From the sequence record DRR378314_807: a stretch of DNA of 64,000 bases, one strand, 5' to 3'. Both the position numbers and the translations under genes were made by a program. This document shows, piece after piece, positions 38,293 through 48,410 of this stretch. How positions within the stretch are numbered: the first letter of the stretch is position 1; each line of letters begins with the position of its first letter. Below the pieces are notes generated by a model. The model searched no databases and was not told where the DNA came from. It was given only the letters and a program-made list of their open reading frames with translations.

Positions 38293-39780
38293 ATGTCGAA
38301 AATACTAATAAAAAAAAGTGCCATCGCTCTTGCTTTAGGCATTGCCTTTGCAGGTAGTGCCGTTGCGGAAAACCACATCGCTGTTATTAATCAAGAATCG
38401 GCTGGCGCCGTTGAAATTGGTAACGAAGTGTATGTTGAACAAGCCGGAGCTGCACACTGGGCGTATGCTGACCAGTACGGTGACGATAACGTTACATCAC
38501 TGTTGCAGTTTGACGACTGGCACGAAGCTTATGCTTACGTTACCGGCGACTTCAACTTGGTCGAAGGTGAGCAGTCTGGACTCTGGAACGTTTTCAATGC
38601 CGACGCCGTCGGTGATGACAACTGGTTATCAGCTTACCAGGAAGGCAGCTTGAACTCGGCCAGTATTTTCCTGCAGGGTGACGGTAACACTGCAGTTGCT
38701 GAGCAGTCCGGTGATGCAAACGAGGCCGCCATTGACCTCAGTGGCGACTACAATACAGCAGAAATTTACCAGTCAGGCGATTCCAACTGGAGCAACTTCC
38801 AGATTTCAGGCAGTGACAACCTGTTCTTAAGTGAACAGTCTGGCTCACTTAATGAATCAGGCTATTTCAATGCGTCGGGCGACCGCAATACCTTCGAAGC
38901 ATCACAAGAAGGTGATGGTAACGTTGCAGGTGTTGTTGGCGCGGACGGCGACGACAACGAAGTTTATGCTCAACAATATGGTTCATCGAACATTTTTATA
39001 GCTCGTGATTTAGAGGGTAACGAAAACTTTGTCGATGTATTTCAGGACGGTTCAGCAAACGAATTCCTGATCCAGCCTATTCAGGGCGAAGCTAACTTTA
39101 TTGTTGTTCAGCAGCAAGGTAACTCAAACGTTGTTGAAGCCGCGAATGGCATGATTGGTAATGACAACCTAATTGATGCATACCAACGCGGAGACAATAA
39201 CTACGCAGTGTTCGCAACCGAGGGCGACATGCATAATGTTGAACTTGAGCAGGCTGGCGATAACAACACTGCCGTAGGTGAATCTTACGGTGAGCAAAAT
39301 GACATTATGGTCAGCAGCCGTGGTGATGACAACTTTAACGGAGTGGCTGTACAGGGCGTTTCTAACGATATCCAAAGCCGTCAGCGCGGTGATGCAAACA
39401 CAGCCGAAGTTGTGTTTGTTGGTGACGACAACGATGTCATGTCTAGCCAGGTTGGTAATGGCAACGTCACTCTTGCTTACTCTTACGATGCAGGCACAAC
39501 CTCAGGCAACACGTTAGATTCCGAACAGCAAGGTGATATCAACTTAATAGACACCATTATCGGTGGCAATGAGAACCTTATTAGCTTCTACCAGGAAGGT
39601 AACAGCAACGTTATCGCCGGAGATGGCGGCTCGTTCATTGTTGGCGGTAGTAATGGCAGCGTTGATATTCAGCAAGTAGGTGACTACAACGTTGTTACCG
39701 GCGGTCAAGCCAGTGACGGCAACACTATGAGCGTATATCAGCAAGGCGACTATAACGTCGCTACTGTTGTTCAATACTAA
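38293..39780 (+). CDS. csgA: long major curlin, CsgA-like (about 20 repeats)
   Basis: Signal peptide and about 470 aa of ~22-residue Q-x-G-x-x-N repeats ending in ATVVQY; followed by csgEFG. Confidence 0.85.
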   Translation: MSKILIKKSAIALALGIAFAGSAVAENHIAVINQESAGAVEIGNEVYVEQAGAAHWAYADQYGDDNVTSLLQFDDWHEAYAYVTGDFNLVEGEQSGLWNVFNADAVGDDNWLSAYQEGSLNSASIFLQGDGNTAVAEQSGDANEAAIDLSGDYNTAEIYQSGDSNWSNFQISGSDNLFLSEQSGSLNESGYFNASGDRNTFEASQEGDGNVAGVVGADGDDNEVYAQQYGSSNIFIARDLEGNENFVDVFQDGSANEFLIQPIQGEANFIVVQQQGNSNVVEAANGMIGNDNLIDAYQRGDNNYAVFATEGDMHNVELEQAGDNNTAVGESYGEQNDIMVSSRGDDNFNGVAVQGVSNDIQSRQRGDANTAEVVFVGDDNDVMSSQVGNGNVTLAYSYDAGTTSGNTLDSEQQGDINLIDTIIGGNENLISFYQEGNSNVIAGDGGSFIVGGSNGSVDIQQVGDYNVVTGGQASDGNTMSVYQQGDYNVATVVQY

Positions 39781-39791
39781 GAAGTAAGGTT

Positions 39792-39825
39792 AGCGGCTGC
39801 GTCATTTAGGTGCAGCCGCTTTCTT
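39792..39825 (+). terminator. hairpin after csgA (partial terminator or mRNA stabiliser)
   Basis: AGCGGCTGC/GCAGCCGCT stem followed by TTCTT, between csgA and csgE. Confidence 0.65.
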
Positions 39826-39832
39826 AGTCTTT

Positions 39833-40210
39833 ATGCTAAAGAAACTCATTCTACTCGTTCTGTTGTTTACTCCGGTTAGTCAGGCTGACGAAATAGAGCT
39901 TGGCGGCATGGTGCTGGACCGAACCATTTCACGTTTCGGTAAAGACTTCTTCTTTTACTACACCAGCTATTGGCGTGACATCCCTTCAACCAATGGTATT
40001 ACCGTTGTTATTCACGAGCAGGTCTATCCTCAGGCTGGCACCTATTTGTGGGTGGAGATGGAGCAAACCAAGATATTCCAGACCTACTTTGGAAGACGGC
40101 AAAACGATGTCAAAAAAATGGCCGAGAAAGCCATTTTGATCAGTATTAACGAAGTCGCGCGAGTAAAAGCGGACTCTGTATTTGATACGCCACAAGATAA
40201 TAATTTTTAA
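39833..40210 (+). CDS. csgE: curli assembly protein CsgE
   Basis: EIELGGMVLDRTISRFGKDFFFYY...W motif and operon position. Confidence 0.85.
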   Translation: MLKKLILLVLLFTPVSQADEIELGGMVLDRTISRFGKDFFFYYTSYWRDIPSTNGITVVIHEQVYPQAGTYLWVEMEQTKIFQTYFGRRQNDVKKMAEKAILISINEVARVKADSVFDTPQDNNF

Positions 40211-40221
40211 AGGCGCAGATT

Positions 40222-40605
40222 ATGAAATTACGTTGGCTCTTCATTGGTTTTTTGTTTACGGCAGTGAATGCCGCAGCAACAGAAATTGTCTATCAACCTA
40301 TTAACCCGAGCTTTGGTGGAAACCCATTGAACGGGAACTTTTTATTACAAAAAGCACAAACTCAGAATGCTCATTCAGCACCTGATTCCGACCGCTCTTT
40401 TGTTGACCGTTTCCGCGAAGCGTTAGAGCGTAATATCATCAATTCACTTACCCGCCGCATTGCAGATGGCGAAATTGTTGAAGGCCTGTACGACACAGGT
40501 GAGTACACGGTTGAAGTTGTTGGTCAGCCAGACGGTAGCGTTATTGTCTACATCACTCATAACGGCAGCGGTGAACAGACTGTTATCACCATGCCTTCAA
40601 TATAA
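40222..40605 (+). CDS. csgF: curli assembly protein CsgF
   Basis: YQPINPSFGGNPLNGNFLLQKAQTQN signature. Confidence 0.92.
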   Translation: MKLRWLFIGFLFTAVNAAATEIVYQPINPSFGGNPLNGNFLLQKAQTQNAHSAPDSDRSFVDRFREALERNIINSLTRRIADGEIVEGLYDTGEYTVEVVGQPDGSVIVYITHNGSGEQTVITMPSI

Positions 40606-40620
40606 GTGAGGAGAATAGTC

Positions 40621-41376
40621 ATGCGTAAAGTTTTCCTCATTATAGCTTCACTTGTTATGAGCGGCTGCGCGTTAATGCCCAAGCCGACGGACATCAATAT
40701 ACAGCCCGCTGAAATTGACGCTCCCAGCTCTACAATGACGGCTTTGAAACAAAGACAATTACCTCAAACCCGTATTCCGGTATCGGTTTATGCCTTTAGA
40801 GATCAAACCGGGCAGTATAAACCACAAGCTAATGTTTCCAGCTTTTCTACCGCAGTAACTCAGGGTGCAACCTCTATGCTCACTCAAATGTTACTGGAAT
40901 CAGGTTGGTTCTTACCTATGGAGCGTGAAAACCTGCAAAATCTGTTAACTGAGCGAAAAATTTATAACTCAGGCGACAATAAAGAACTTCCTCCATTGAG
41001 TGAGGCCAGACTGTTGCTGGAGGGCGGAATTATAAGCTACGACACCAATGTTAGTACCGGAGGTATCGGCGCAGAATATTTTGGTATTGGTGCATCTGAA
41101 CTCTACCGGGAAGATCAGGTATCCGTCTATCTACGAGCGGTAGACGTTTATAGTGGGCAGGTGCTGGTGTCGGTATCAGCAAATAAGAAAGTGTTCTCTC
41201 AAGAACTACGGGCAGGCCTGTTTCGCTACGTATCTCTCAACCGGCTGGCTGAATTCGAGGGCGGTTATTCAACCAACGAACCGGTTCAATTGTCGGTAAA
41301 GCAAGCGATGGAAAGAGCGCTGGTGGAGTTAATAGAAAAAGGCCTGGAAATGGGTTATTGGCGTGCAGAGAGTTAA
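40621..41376 (+). CDS. csgG: curli secretion channel lipoprotein CsgG
   Basis: Lipobox MSGC, FRDQTGQYKP, SSFSTAVTQGA, ERENLQNLLTERKI and NEPV. Confidence 0.93.
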   Translation: MRKVFLIIASLVMSGCALMPKPTDINIQPAEIDAPSSTMTALKQRQLPQTRIPVSVYAFRDQTGQYKPQANVSSFSTAVTQGATSMLTQMLLESGWFLPMERENLQNLLTERKIYNSGDNKELPPLSEARLLLEGGIISYDTNVSTGGIGAEYFGIGASELYREDQVSVYLRAVDVYSGQVLVSVSANKKVFSQELRAGLFRYVSLNRLAEFEGGYSTNEPVQLSVKQAMERALVELIEKGLEMGYWRAES

Positions 41377-41382
41377 CCAGCG

Positions 41383-42027
41383 TTAAACTGATGTCGCGTA
41401 ACTGGACCACTTTAGTAACTCTACCCGGTTACGCGCGCCAGTCTTTCGAAAAATAGAGGATAAGTGTGTTTTCACAGTATGAGCACTGATATTTAAGTGC
41501 TCAGCAATTTCCTTATTGCGGGCACCAGTAGCAACCAGCTCTATAACTTTTAACTCTTGTGGTGTAAGGGAGTTAATTTGAGACACGGTAGTAAAAGAGT
41601 CATCCGCTTGCCGCCGCAGCATCATTTCTTCAATTTTATCTGAAAGCAATGAGCGCGGATAATAGAGTTCTCCCTGGCTAATAACTTTTATCGCGGTCAG
41701 TACTCGGTCTAAATGGTCGTTTTCGTAAATAATACCGCGAGCACCAAGGTTCAGGGCTTGAATAGGACGAACATCATCTTTTCTCGCATTAACTAGAAAT
41801 AAAAGGTAGGTTTTAGTTAATGCAGCAATTTCACTGGTAATGTGGGAACGAGATAACTGCTCCGATCCAAGAGAATAAGCCACCATGGTCTCGGGCTCTG
41901 GTGAATGATCAACCAGTTCAGAAAATGCACGATGGACGACTGATATTTCTAAGGATTCTGCAAGCAACCCTAAGTTCTGCGTACGTTTTTGGTGTTCGAT
42001 TAAAGCTAACCGCGTATAACGTCCCAT
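41383..42027 (-). CDS. csgD: LuxR-family regulator, CsgD-like
   Basis: Degenerate receiver domain plus HTH GARNKEIAEHLNISAHTVKTHL; convergent with csgG. Confidence 0.72.
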   Translation of the reverse strand: MGRYTRLALIEHQKRTQNLGLLAESLEISVVHRAFSELVDHSPEPETMVAYSLGSEQLSRSHITSEIAALTKTYLLFLVNARKDDVRPIQALNLGARGIIYENDHLDRVLTAIKVISQGELYYPRSLLSDKIEEMMLRRQADDSFTTVSQINSLTPQELKVIELVATGARNKEIAEHLNISAHTVKTHLSSIFRKTGARNRVELLKWSSYATSV

Positions 42028-42169
42028 AACAGCCCTCCCTAAACCTAAAAGCTTATTTTATTACTGTACTTTTCTTCTTATATTCTTCTTATATTACATT
42101 TTTACAACGATTGATGTAGCTCTTTACAATATATGATTAAATTTTGTACTAAAAGACATAGCACCTTAG

Positions 42170-42189
42170 AACATGTAACAAAATGTAAC
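42170..42189 (-). promoter_or_regulatory. OmpR-type tandem site upstream of the csgD-like gene
   Basis: Minus strand reads GTTACATTTT-GTTACATGTT, a 10-bp direct repeat. Confidence 0.65.
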
Positions 42190-42280
42190 AACCATTCTAA
42201 TTTACCTTATGGCATTTAAAATAAAGAGCAACAGGCTTACCTTACCCGGCGAAATAAGCGACAAAAAGGCTGTGATCCCG

Positions 42281-42325
42281 TATAATGTTGGTCAGCAGAT
42301 AAAGTTGAGTGTTTTAGTCAGGTAT
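42281..42325 (+). promoter_or_regulatory. suf promoter -10 followed by IscR type-1 operator
   Basis: TATAAT at 42281-42286; AAAGTTGAGTGTTTTAGTCAGGTAT (42301-42325) matches ATASYYGACTRWWWYAGTCRRSTAT at 23/25. Confidence 0.78.
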
Positions 42326-42386
42326 TTTATACTGTCGGCCAGTAACGGGCGAAACTCCCATCCGCAGCTTTTAGAGTGGGTAAATC

Positions 42387-43823
42387 ATGAGTGAACAGAT
42401 TGATCAGGCGCTTGCGCGTAAATACGACGCAGGCTTCATTTCAGAAATAGAGTCAGAAACTTTCCCAATTGGTTTGGACGAAGACGTCATTGCCCGTCTG
42501 TCCGCCATTAAGGGTGAGCCTGAATGGATGCTGGAGTGGCGTCTGAAGGCTTATCGCACCTGGTTAAAAATGGAAGAGCCTGACTGGGCACACGTCGATT
42601 ATCCTAAGGTAGATTACCAGTCAATTTCATACTACTCCGCACCTAAGAGTATGAAAGACAAGCCTAAGTCGTTAGACGAGGTTGATCCGGAACTGCTACG
42701 CACATACGAAAAGCTGGGTATTCCTCTGCATGAGCAGGAAATGCTCGCGGGTGTAGCTGTTGATGCAGTCTTCGACTCAGTATCCGTGGTCACAACATTC
42801 CGCGAGAAGCTGGAAGAAGCAGGAGTTATCTTCTGCCCTATCTCCGAAGCCCTTCATAAGTACCCGGATCTGGTTAAAAAATACTTAGGTACCGTAGTTC
42901 CACGTGGCGATAACTTCTTTGCCGCACTGAACAGCGCCGTATTCACCGATGGCTCGTTTGTTTATATTCCAAAAGGCGTTCGCTGCCCTATGGAACTATC
43001 AACTTACTTCCGCATAAACGAACAGAATACCGGTCAGTTTGAGCGTACCTTAATTGTCGCCGAAGAAGGCAGTCACGTTAGTTATCTGGAAGGTTGTACC
43101 GCACCACAGCGTGACGAAAACCAATTACACGCGGCCGTAGTTGAGCTGGTTGCACTGGATGACGCGGAGATCAAATACTCTACGGTGCAAAACTGGTATC
43201 CGGGTGATGAAAACGGCAAAGGCGGTATCTATAACTTTGTCACTAAACGCGGCCTGTGCGAGAAAAACGCGAAGATCTCCTGGACTCAGGTAGAGACAGG
43301 CTCTGCCGTTACCTGGAAGTATCCAAGCTGTATTCTTAAAGGCGATAACAGCGTTGGGGAATTCTACTCAGTTGCGTTAACCCGCGGCAGACAACAAGCC
43401 GATACCGGCACCAAAATGATCCACTTAGGTAAGAACACCAAGTCGACCATCATTTCCAAAGGTATTTCCGCCGGCCGCAGTAATAACGCTTACCGAGGTC
43501 TGGTTCGTATGGGCCCGGGTGCCGAGGGCGCGCGTAACTTTACCGAATGTGATTCGCTGCTTATTGGCGACCAGTGCGGCGCACACACATTCCCGTATAT
43601 TGAAAGCAGCAATCCAACCGCGATTGTTGAACACGAAGCCACCACCTCTAAGGTGAGTGACGATCAATTATTCTTATGTCGGCAACGAGGCCTGGACCCT
43701 GAAAAAGCAGTCTCAATGATTGTAAATGGCTTCTGTAAAGAGGTATTCCGCGAACTACCAATGGAGTTTGCGGTGGAAGCCGGTAAGTTGCTTGAAATCA
43801 GTCTTGAAGGTTCAGTGGGGTAA
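42387..43823 (+). CDS. sufB: Fe-S cluster assembly scaffold SufB
   Basis: [34 protein letters not shown] and EHEATTSK motifs. Confidence 0.96.
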   Translation: MSEQIDQALARKYDAGFISEIESETFPIGLDEDVIARLSAIKGEPEWMLEWRLKAYRTWLKMEEPDWAHVDYPKVDYQSISYYSAPKSMKDKPKSLDEVDPELLRTYEKLGIPLHEQEMLAGVAVDAVFDSVSVVTTFREKLEEAGVIFCPISEALHKYPDLVKKYLGTVVPRGDNFFAALNSAVFTDGSFVYIPKGVRCPMELSTYFRINEQNTGQFERTLIVAEEGSHVSYLEGCTAPQRDENQLHAAVVELVALDDAEIKYSTVQNWYPGDENGKGGIYNFVTKRGLCEKNAKISWTQVETGSAVTWKYPSCILKGDNSVGEFYSVALTRGRQQADTGTKMIHLGKNTKSTIISKGISAGRSNNAYRGLVRMGPGAEGARNFTECDSLLIGDQCGAHTFPYIESSNPTAIVEHEATTSKVSDDQLFLCRQRGLDPEKAVSMIVNGFCKEVFRELPMEFAVEAGKLLEISLEGSVG

Positions 43824-43826
43824 AAC

Positions 43827-44585
43827 ATGCTATCGATTAAAGACCTGCACGCACGTGTGGAAGAAACAACAATTTTAAAAGGCCTGAATCTGGAAATAAA
43901 ACCCGGCGAAGTACACGCCATTATGGGTCCTAACGGTGCCGGAAAAAGTACTTTAGGTTACGTTTTATCTGGCCGCGATGGCTATGAAGTTGAAAGCGGC
44001 AGCGTTGAAATGGACGGTAAAGACTTACTGGACATGGAAGTAGAAGAGCGCGCCCAGGCCGGTATATTTCTGGCTTTCCAATACCCTGTTGAAATTCCAG
44101 GCGTAAGCAACATGGAATTCATGAAAGAATCCGTGAATGCCATGCGTGAAGCTCACGGCGAAAGCGCTTTGAGCTCAGCTGAGTTTCTGAAAAAAGCCAA
44201 AGAAGCCTGCAAGCAAGTTGAGTTACCGCTCGACTTCTTAAAGCGCGGCGTCAATGAAGGCTTTTCCGGTGGTGAGAAAAAGCGTAACGAAATTATGCAG
44301 ATGATTATGCTGGAGCCGAAAATTGCGATTCTGGATGAGTCTGATTCCGGGCTTGACGTCGATGCTCTACAAGTTGTAGCTAAGGGTGTGAACAGCCAGC
44401 GCGACGGCAAACGCAGTTTTATCGTGGTTACGCACTACCAACGTTTGCTGGATTACATTGAGCCTGACTATGTGCACATTCTGTCCAAAGGCAAAATTGT
44501 GAAAAGTGGCGGTCCTGAACTGGCGAAAGAAGTCGAAGCCTCAGGTTATGCCTGGTTAGCTGAAGCAGAAGGAGCAGATGCATGA
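43827..44585 (+). CDS. sufC: Fe-S assembly ATPase SufC
   Basis: GPNGAGKST, FQYPVEIPGV and NEGFSGGEKKRNE. Confidence 0.96.
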   Translation: MLSIKDLHARVEETTILKGLNLEIKPGEVHAIMGPNGAGKSTLGYVLSGRDGYEVESGSVEMDGKDLLDMEVEERAQAGIFLAFQYPVEIPGVSNMEFMKESVNAMREAHGESALSSAEFLKKAKEACKQVELPLDFLKRGVNEGFSGGEKKRNEIMQMIMLEPKIAILDESDSGLDVDALQVVAKGVNSQRDGKRSFIVVTHYQRLLDYIEPDYVHILSKGKIVKSGGPELAKEVEASGYAWLAEAEGADA

Positions 44586-45832
44586 GTCAATGGTTAAACC
44601 ACGTTTTAGAGCGTGCCTCGACCGTTGACGATTGGCTATCTCCGGTCCGGGCCCAAGCCTTGGACACGTTAAAGCAACAGCAATGGCCGACACGCCGCAC
44701 CGAAGCATGGCGTTATACCTCGTTGCATCCGGTTGCTGATTTAGAGCTGAAATCCAGCACCGGTAACGCGACCGCCGAAGCACCAGTCATTGAAGGCTTA
44801 AACAGTCTGGATTTGGTGTTTGTGGACGGCCAGCTTAGTACCGACATCAGCAAGCTTAAGTTACCTGAAGGCATCACTATTAGTGAGCTGTCAGCGCCCA
44901 GCGAACCCGCTGAAGCTATTTTTGCGCAAGTAAAACCTAGCCGTCATTTGTTTGGCCTGGTAAACGACGTATTGGCGCAGCAAGGTGTCGTTATCGACAT
45001 TGCGGCTGGCGCTAAAGTTGAACAACCCATTCGCATTGTTAACTTTGCGTCTGCCGGTATCGAGTATCATCAGCGCACGCTGGTACGTGTTGGTGAAAAT
45101 GCGCAGGCAACCATTATTGAGCACGGCAGCGGCTCAGGTAACAGCCTGAATACGGTCTTTGCTGAATATGACATAGCCGAAAAAGCGCGTTTAGAGCATT
45201 ACCGTTTTGCCCTGCACGAAGGCGAAGCGATTCATATTGGCGGCAGTCACTTTAAACTGCACGATCACGCCAGACTGAACAGCACCCTAATTGGCTACGG
45301 CAGTCAGTTAACGCGTCTGGACGTAGACATTGAACACGCTGGTGAGCATGCGTTCGCCAAGTTTAATAACGTGTATTTACTGGCTCCACGCCAGCACTTC
45401 GATCTGCACAGCACCATCGAACATGCCTCACCTAACGGCACGACCGAAGAGAACGCCCGCGGCATTATCGGTGACAGGGCAAAAGCAGTATTTAATGGCC
45501 GCATTCATATTCACCGCCATGCGCAAAAAACCCTGGCCGAACTGAATAATCGTAACCTGCTGCTGACTCGTGGTGCGCAAATTAATACTAAGCCCGAGCT
45601 GGAAATTTACGCAGACGATGTACAGTGTGCGCACGGTGCAACGGTTGCTGAAATTGATGAAGAAGCGTTGTATTACATGCTAACGCGTGGCATCGACAGG
45701 CAACAAGCGCTGGTTATGCTCAACTTTGGCTTCGTACAGGAAATGGTGTTCCAGATGCCAAATAAAGCCCTGGCCGACTGGCTGCAGCCTATTTTGAAAA
45801 CCCGCTTTGAAAGTATGATGGAGAAGCAATGA
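44582..45832 (+). CDS. sufD: Fe-S assembly protein SufD
   Basis: EAWRYT, VFNGRI, KPELEIYADDVQCAHGAT and YMLTRGI. Confidence 0.93.
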   Translation: MSQWLNHVLERASTVDDWLSPVRAQALDTLKQQQWPTRRTEAWRYTSLHPVADLELKSSTGNATAEAPVIEGLNSLDLVFVDGQLSTDISKLKLPEGITISELSAPSEPAEAIFAQVKPSRHLFGLVNDVLAQQGVVIDIAAGAKVEQPIRIVNFASAGIEYHQRTLVRVGENAQATIIEHGSGSGNSLNTVFAEYDIAEKARLEHYRFALHEGEAIHIGGSHFKLHDHARLNSTLIGYGSQLTRLDVDIEHAGEHAFAKFNNVYLLAPRQHFDLHSTIEHASPNGTTEENARGIIGDRAKAVFNGRIHIHRHAQKTLAELNNRNLLLTRGAQINTKPELEIYADDVQCAHGATVAEIDEEALYYMLTRGIDRQQALVMLNFGFVQEMVFQMPNKALADWLQPILKTRFESMMEKQ

Positions 45833-47046
45833 GCCTGAACGTTGCACAAATTCGTGAGCAGTTTCCGATACTGCAACGGCAGGTAAACGGTAAACCACTG
45901 GTTTATCTGGATAACGCTGCCACCACGCAAAAGCCACAAGCGGTCATCGATGCGCTGACGGATTACTATACTCAGTGCAACGCTAATGTTCATCGCGGAG
46001 CTCATTATCTTTCTGATGAAGCCACCCGTCGCTACGAAGCCGCACGTAAAACCGTAGCTGATTACATACACGCTAATCGTCAAGAAGAGGTTATCTGGAC
46101 CAGCGGCACCACCGAAGGTATTAACCTGGTCGCTAATGGTGTTGCTCAGCGCTTAAAACCCGGTGAAGAAGTGCTGGTGACCGAAATGGAGCACCATGCG
46201 AACCTGGTAACCTGGCAACAGGCGTGTAAGCGTTCTGGCGCCACATTGAAAGTCGTACCCATTAACGAAGACGGTTCACTGAATACCGAGCAGTTTCACG
46301 CTCTGTTGAGCGAGAACACGGCTTTCGTTTCAATGCCGCACATTTCCAATGCGCTGGGTACCATTAACCCAATTAAAGAACTCACCGCTGCCGCTAAAGC
46401 CAAAGACGCACTGGTCATGATAGACGGTGCTCAGGGTGTTGCACATGGCGCTATCGATGTGCAGGACATTGGCTGTGATTTTTATGCGTTTTCCGGTCAT
46501 AAGCTATTCGGACCAACCGGCATTGGCGTGCTATGGGGTTGTTACGAGGTTTTAAAAGACTGGCCTATATGGTTAGTCGGCGGCGAAATGATAGCCACAG
46601 TCAGTTACCAGGACGCCACCTGGGGTGAATTACCCAACCGACTGGAAGCCGGTACACCAAATATCGCGGGAGCCATTGGTCTGGCGGCAGCGATAAACTG
46701 GTTACAGCAATTTAATCAGGCCGATATTTTAGCTCACGAAACCGCTTTACTGGCACGCGCAACACAACTAGCAGAGCAAACCGATGGCTTAACCATTGTT
46801 GGTCACGCGGACAATAAAATTGGCGTGCTAAGCTTTATTTTAGAGGGCGCACACCCTGCTGATATTGGCTTTTTGCTGGACAAACAAGGCATAGCCATTC
46901 GTACTGGTGACCACTGCGCTCAACCGCTTATGAAACGCCTGAAGGTACCAGGTACTGCGCGCGCGTCATTTACCATTTATAATACGCTAGACGAGGTTGA
47001 TAAGCTGTTCGAAGGCATCAACAAAGCTCGTTTAATGCTAGCCTAA
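45829..47046 (+). CDS. sufS: cysteine desulfurase SufS
   Basis: VYLDNAATTQKP, SGHK PLP lysine and RTGDHCAQP. Confidence 0.93.
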   Translation: MSLNVAQIREQFPILQRQVNGKPLVYLDNAATTQKPQAVIDALTDYYTQCNANVHRGAHYLSDEATRRYEAARKTVADYIHANRQEEVIWTSGTTEGINLVANGVAQRLKPGEEVLVTEMEHHANLVTWQQACKRSGATLKVVPINEDGSLNTEQFHALLSENTAFVSMPHISNALGTINPIKELTAAAKAKDALVMIDGAQGVAHGAIDVQDIGCDFYAFSGHKLFGPTGIGVLWGCYEVLKDWPIWLVGGEMIATVSYQDATWGELPNRLEAGTPNIAGAIGLAAAINWLQQFNQADILAHETALLARATQLAEQTDGLTIVGHADNKIGVLSFILEGAHPADIGFLLDKQGIAIRTGDHCAQPLMKRLKVPGTARASFTIYNTLDEVDKLFEGINKARLMLA

Positions 47047-47062
47047 TGGCAGGAGGAGACTC

Positions 47063-47419
47063 ATGTCTGTAGAAACATTTGTACCATCGTCTTCGTTAAT
47101 TTCGATGACAGAAAACGCTGTACGTTACTTTGAGTCACGCTTAAAAGATGAACCGGGCAAGCTAATTCGCCTTTCTACTAAGCAAAGTGGCTGTACGGGT
47201 TATGCCTATGTGCTTGATTCTGTCGATGCGATGGAAGACGGCGATGAAGTGGTCGATATTAACGATAACATCAAAGTCGCTATTGCCTCTAATGCGTTGG
47301 AACTGGTGCGTAATACCGAAATTGATTACGTAAAAGAAGGCATTAACGGCGTGGTTAAATTCAACAACCCGAATGTTGTTAATGAGTGCGGTTGCGGCGA
47401 AAGCTTCAACGTGCAGTAA
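47063..47419 (+). CDS. sufA: A-type Fe-S carrier (SufA/IscA family)
   Basis: SGCTGYAY and ECGCGESF. Confidence 0.88.
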   Translation: MSVETFVPSSSLISMTENAVRYFESRLKDEPGKLIRLSTKQSGCTGYAYVLDSVDAMEDGDEVVDINDNIKVAIASNALELVRNTEIDYVKEGINGVVKFNNPNVVNECGCGESFNVQ

Positions 47420-47433
47420 CGGAAGTTTAAATT

Positions 47434-47967
47434 ATGCAGCAGAAAATGGTGTCCACCACCCGTGAAGTTAAAGCGCGTCGCGTGCCAACGGGTGAGCCTA
47501 AAGTTATTCCTAAAGGTGAGTTTGTTACTATTACTCAGGATTTAGGCGGTAACTATACGGTTACCTTTCAGGGTAACATGCTGCGCATAGACGGCACGGA
47601 TGCGGATGCGATTGGCCGTAAGCCAGAAAAGCTCGACTTTGAACCACCAGCAAACGGAAAAGTTTCAGAAGATCAGGTCTGGGAAGCGTTAGAGACCATT
47701 TATGACCCGGAAATTCCGATTAACTTAGTTTCGCTGGGGCTTATCTACAAAGTCGCGGTTGATAAAGATTCCGGCACCGTTACTATTGATATGACCTTAA
47801 CCGCACCAGGCTGTGGTATGGGTCCGGTATTAGTGGGTGATGTTGAGTATCGGGTTTCTCTGGTACCGCACGTTAAAAATGTGAATGTTGAACTCGTTTT
47901 TGACCCACCCTGGTCACGCGACATGATGAGCGAAGAAGCTCAGCTTGAAGCCGGTGTTTTCTTTTAA
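47434..47967 (+). CDS. sufT: SufT (DUF59) Fe-S maturation protein
   Basis: DPEIPINLVSLGLIY, MTLTAPGCGMG and FDPPW. Confidence 0.9.
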   Translation: MQQKMVSTTREVKARRVPTGEPKVIPKGEFVTITQDLGGNYTVTFQGNMLRIDGTDADAIGRKPEKLDFEPPANGKVSEDQVWEALETIYDPEIPINLVSLGLIYKVAVDKDSGTVTIDMTLTAPGCGMGPVLVGDVEYRVSLVPHVKNVNVELVFDPPWSRDMMSEEAQLEAGVFF

Positions 47968-47993
47968 CTTATAAGTGAAGGTTATTGGTCAGC

Positions 47994-48410
47994 ATGAATT
48001 TACCCAGTACAGATGAAATCATTGATGACTTAGAGTTTTTAGATGACTGGGAGCAACGTTACCAGTACATCATTGATTTAGGTAAAGCATTGCCCGGTCT
48101 ACCGGAAAGCCAGCATAAAGATGAGTATCTGGTGCGCGGCTGCCAAAGTAATGTCTGGCTTATTAGTGAAGAAAAGGACGGCAAACTGTTGTTGCACGTT
48201 GATAGCGACGCAGTCATTGTTCAGGGGCTACTGACCTTAGTTATGGCGGCTTACCACGACAAAACTCCGGAACAAATTCTTGCTTTTGATATCGACAACT
48301 ACTTTGCTCAGCTGGACTTAGAAAACCACATTACACCGACTCGCGGAAACGGCTTACGTGCTATTGTTGGAAGAATTCAGCAACTGGCAAAACACAACAG
48401 CCAGGCTTAA
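47994..48410 (+). CDS. sufE: sulfur acceptor SufE
   Basis: WEQRYQYIIDLG, VRGCQSNVW, DSDA and TRGNGL. Confidence 0.92.
   Translation: MNLPSTDEIIDDLEFLDDWEQRYQYIIDLGKALPGLPESQHKDEYLVRGCQSNVWLISEEKDGKLLLHVDSDAVIVQGLLTLVMAAYHDKTPEQILAFDIDNYFAQLDLENHITPTRGNGLRAIVGRIQQLAKHNSQA

Noticed and set aside
38293-39780. Repetitive DNA as a possible CRISPR array or tandem repeat
   Set aside because: The periodicity is at protein level (curlin repeats); there are no identical nucleotide repeats with unique spacers.
42209-42394. 61-aa ORF upstream of sufB as a possible regulator remnant
   Set aside because: Overlaps the promoter and IscR box and shows no Rrf2/HTH features.
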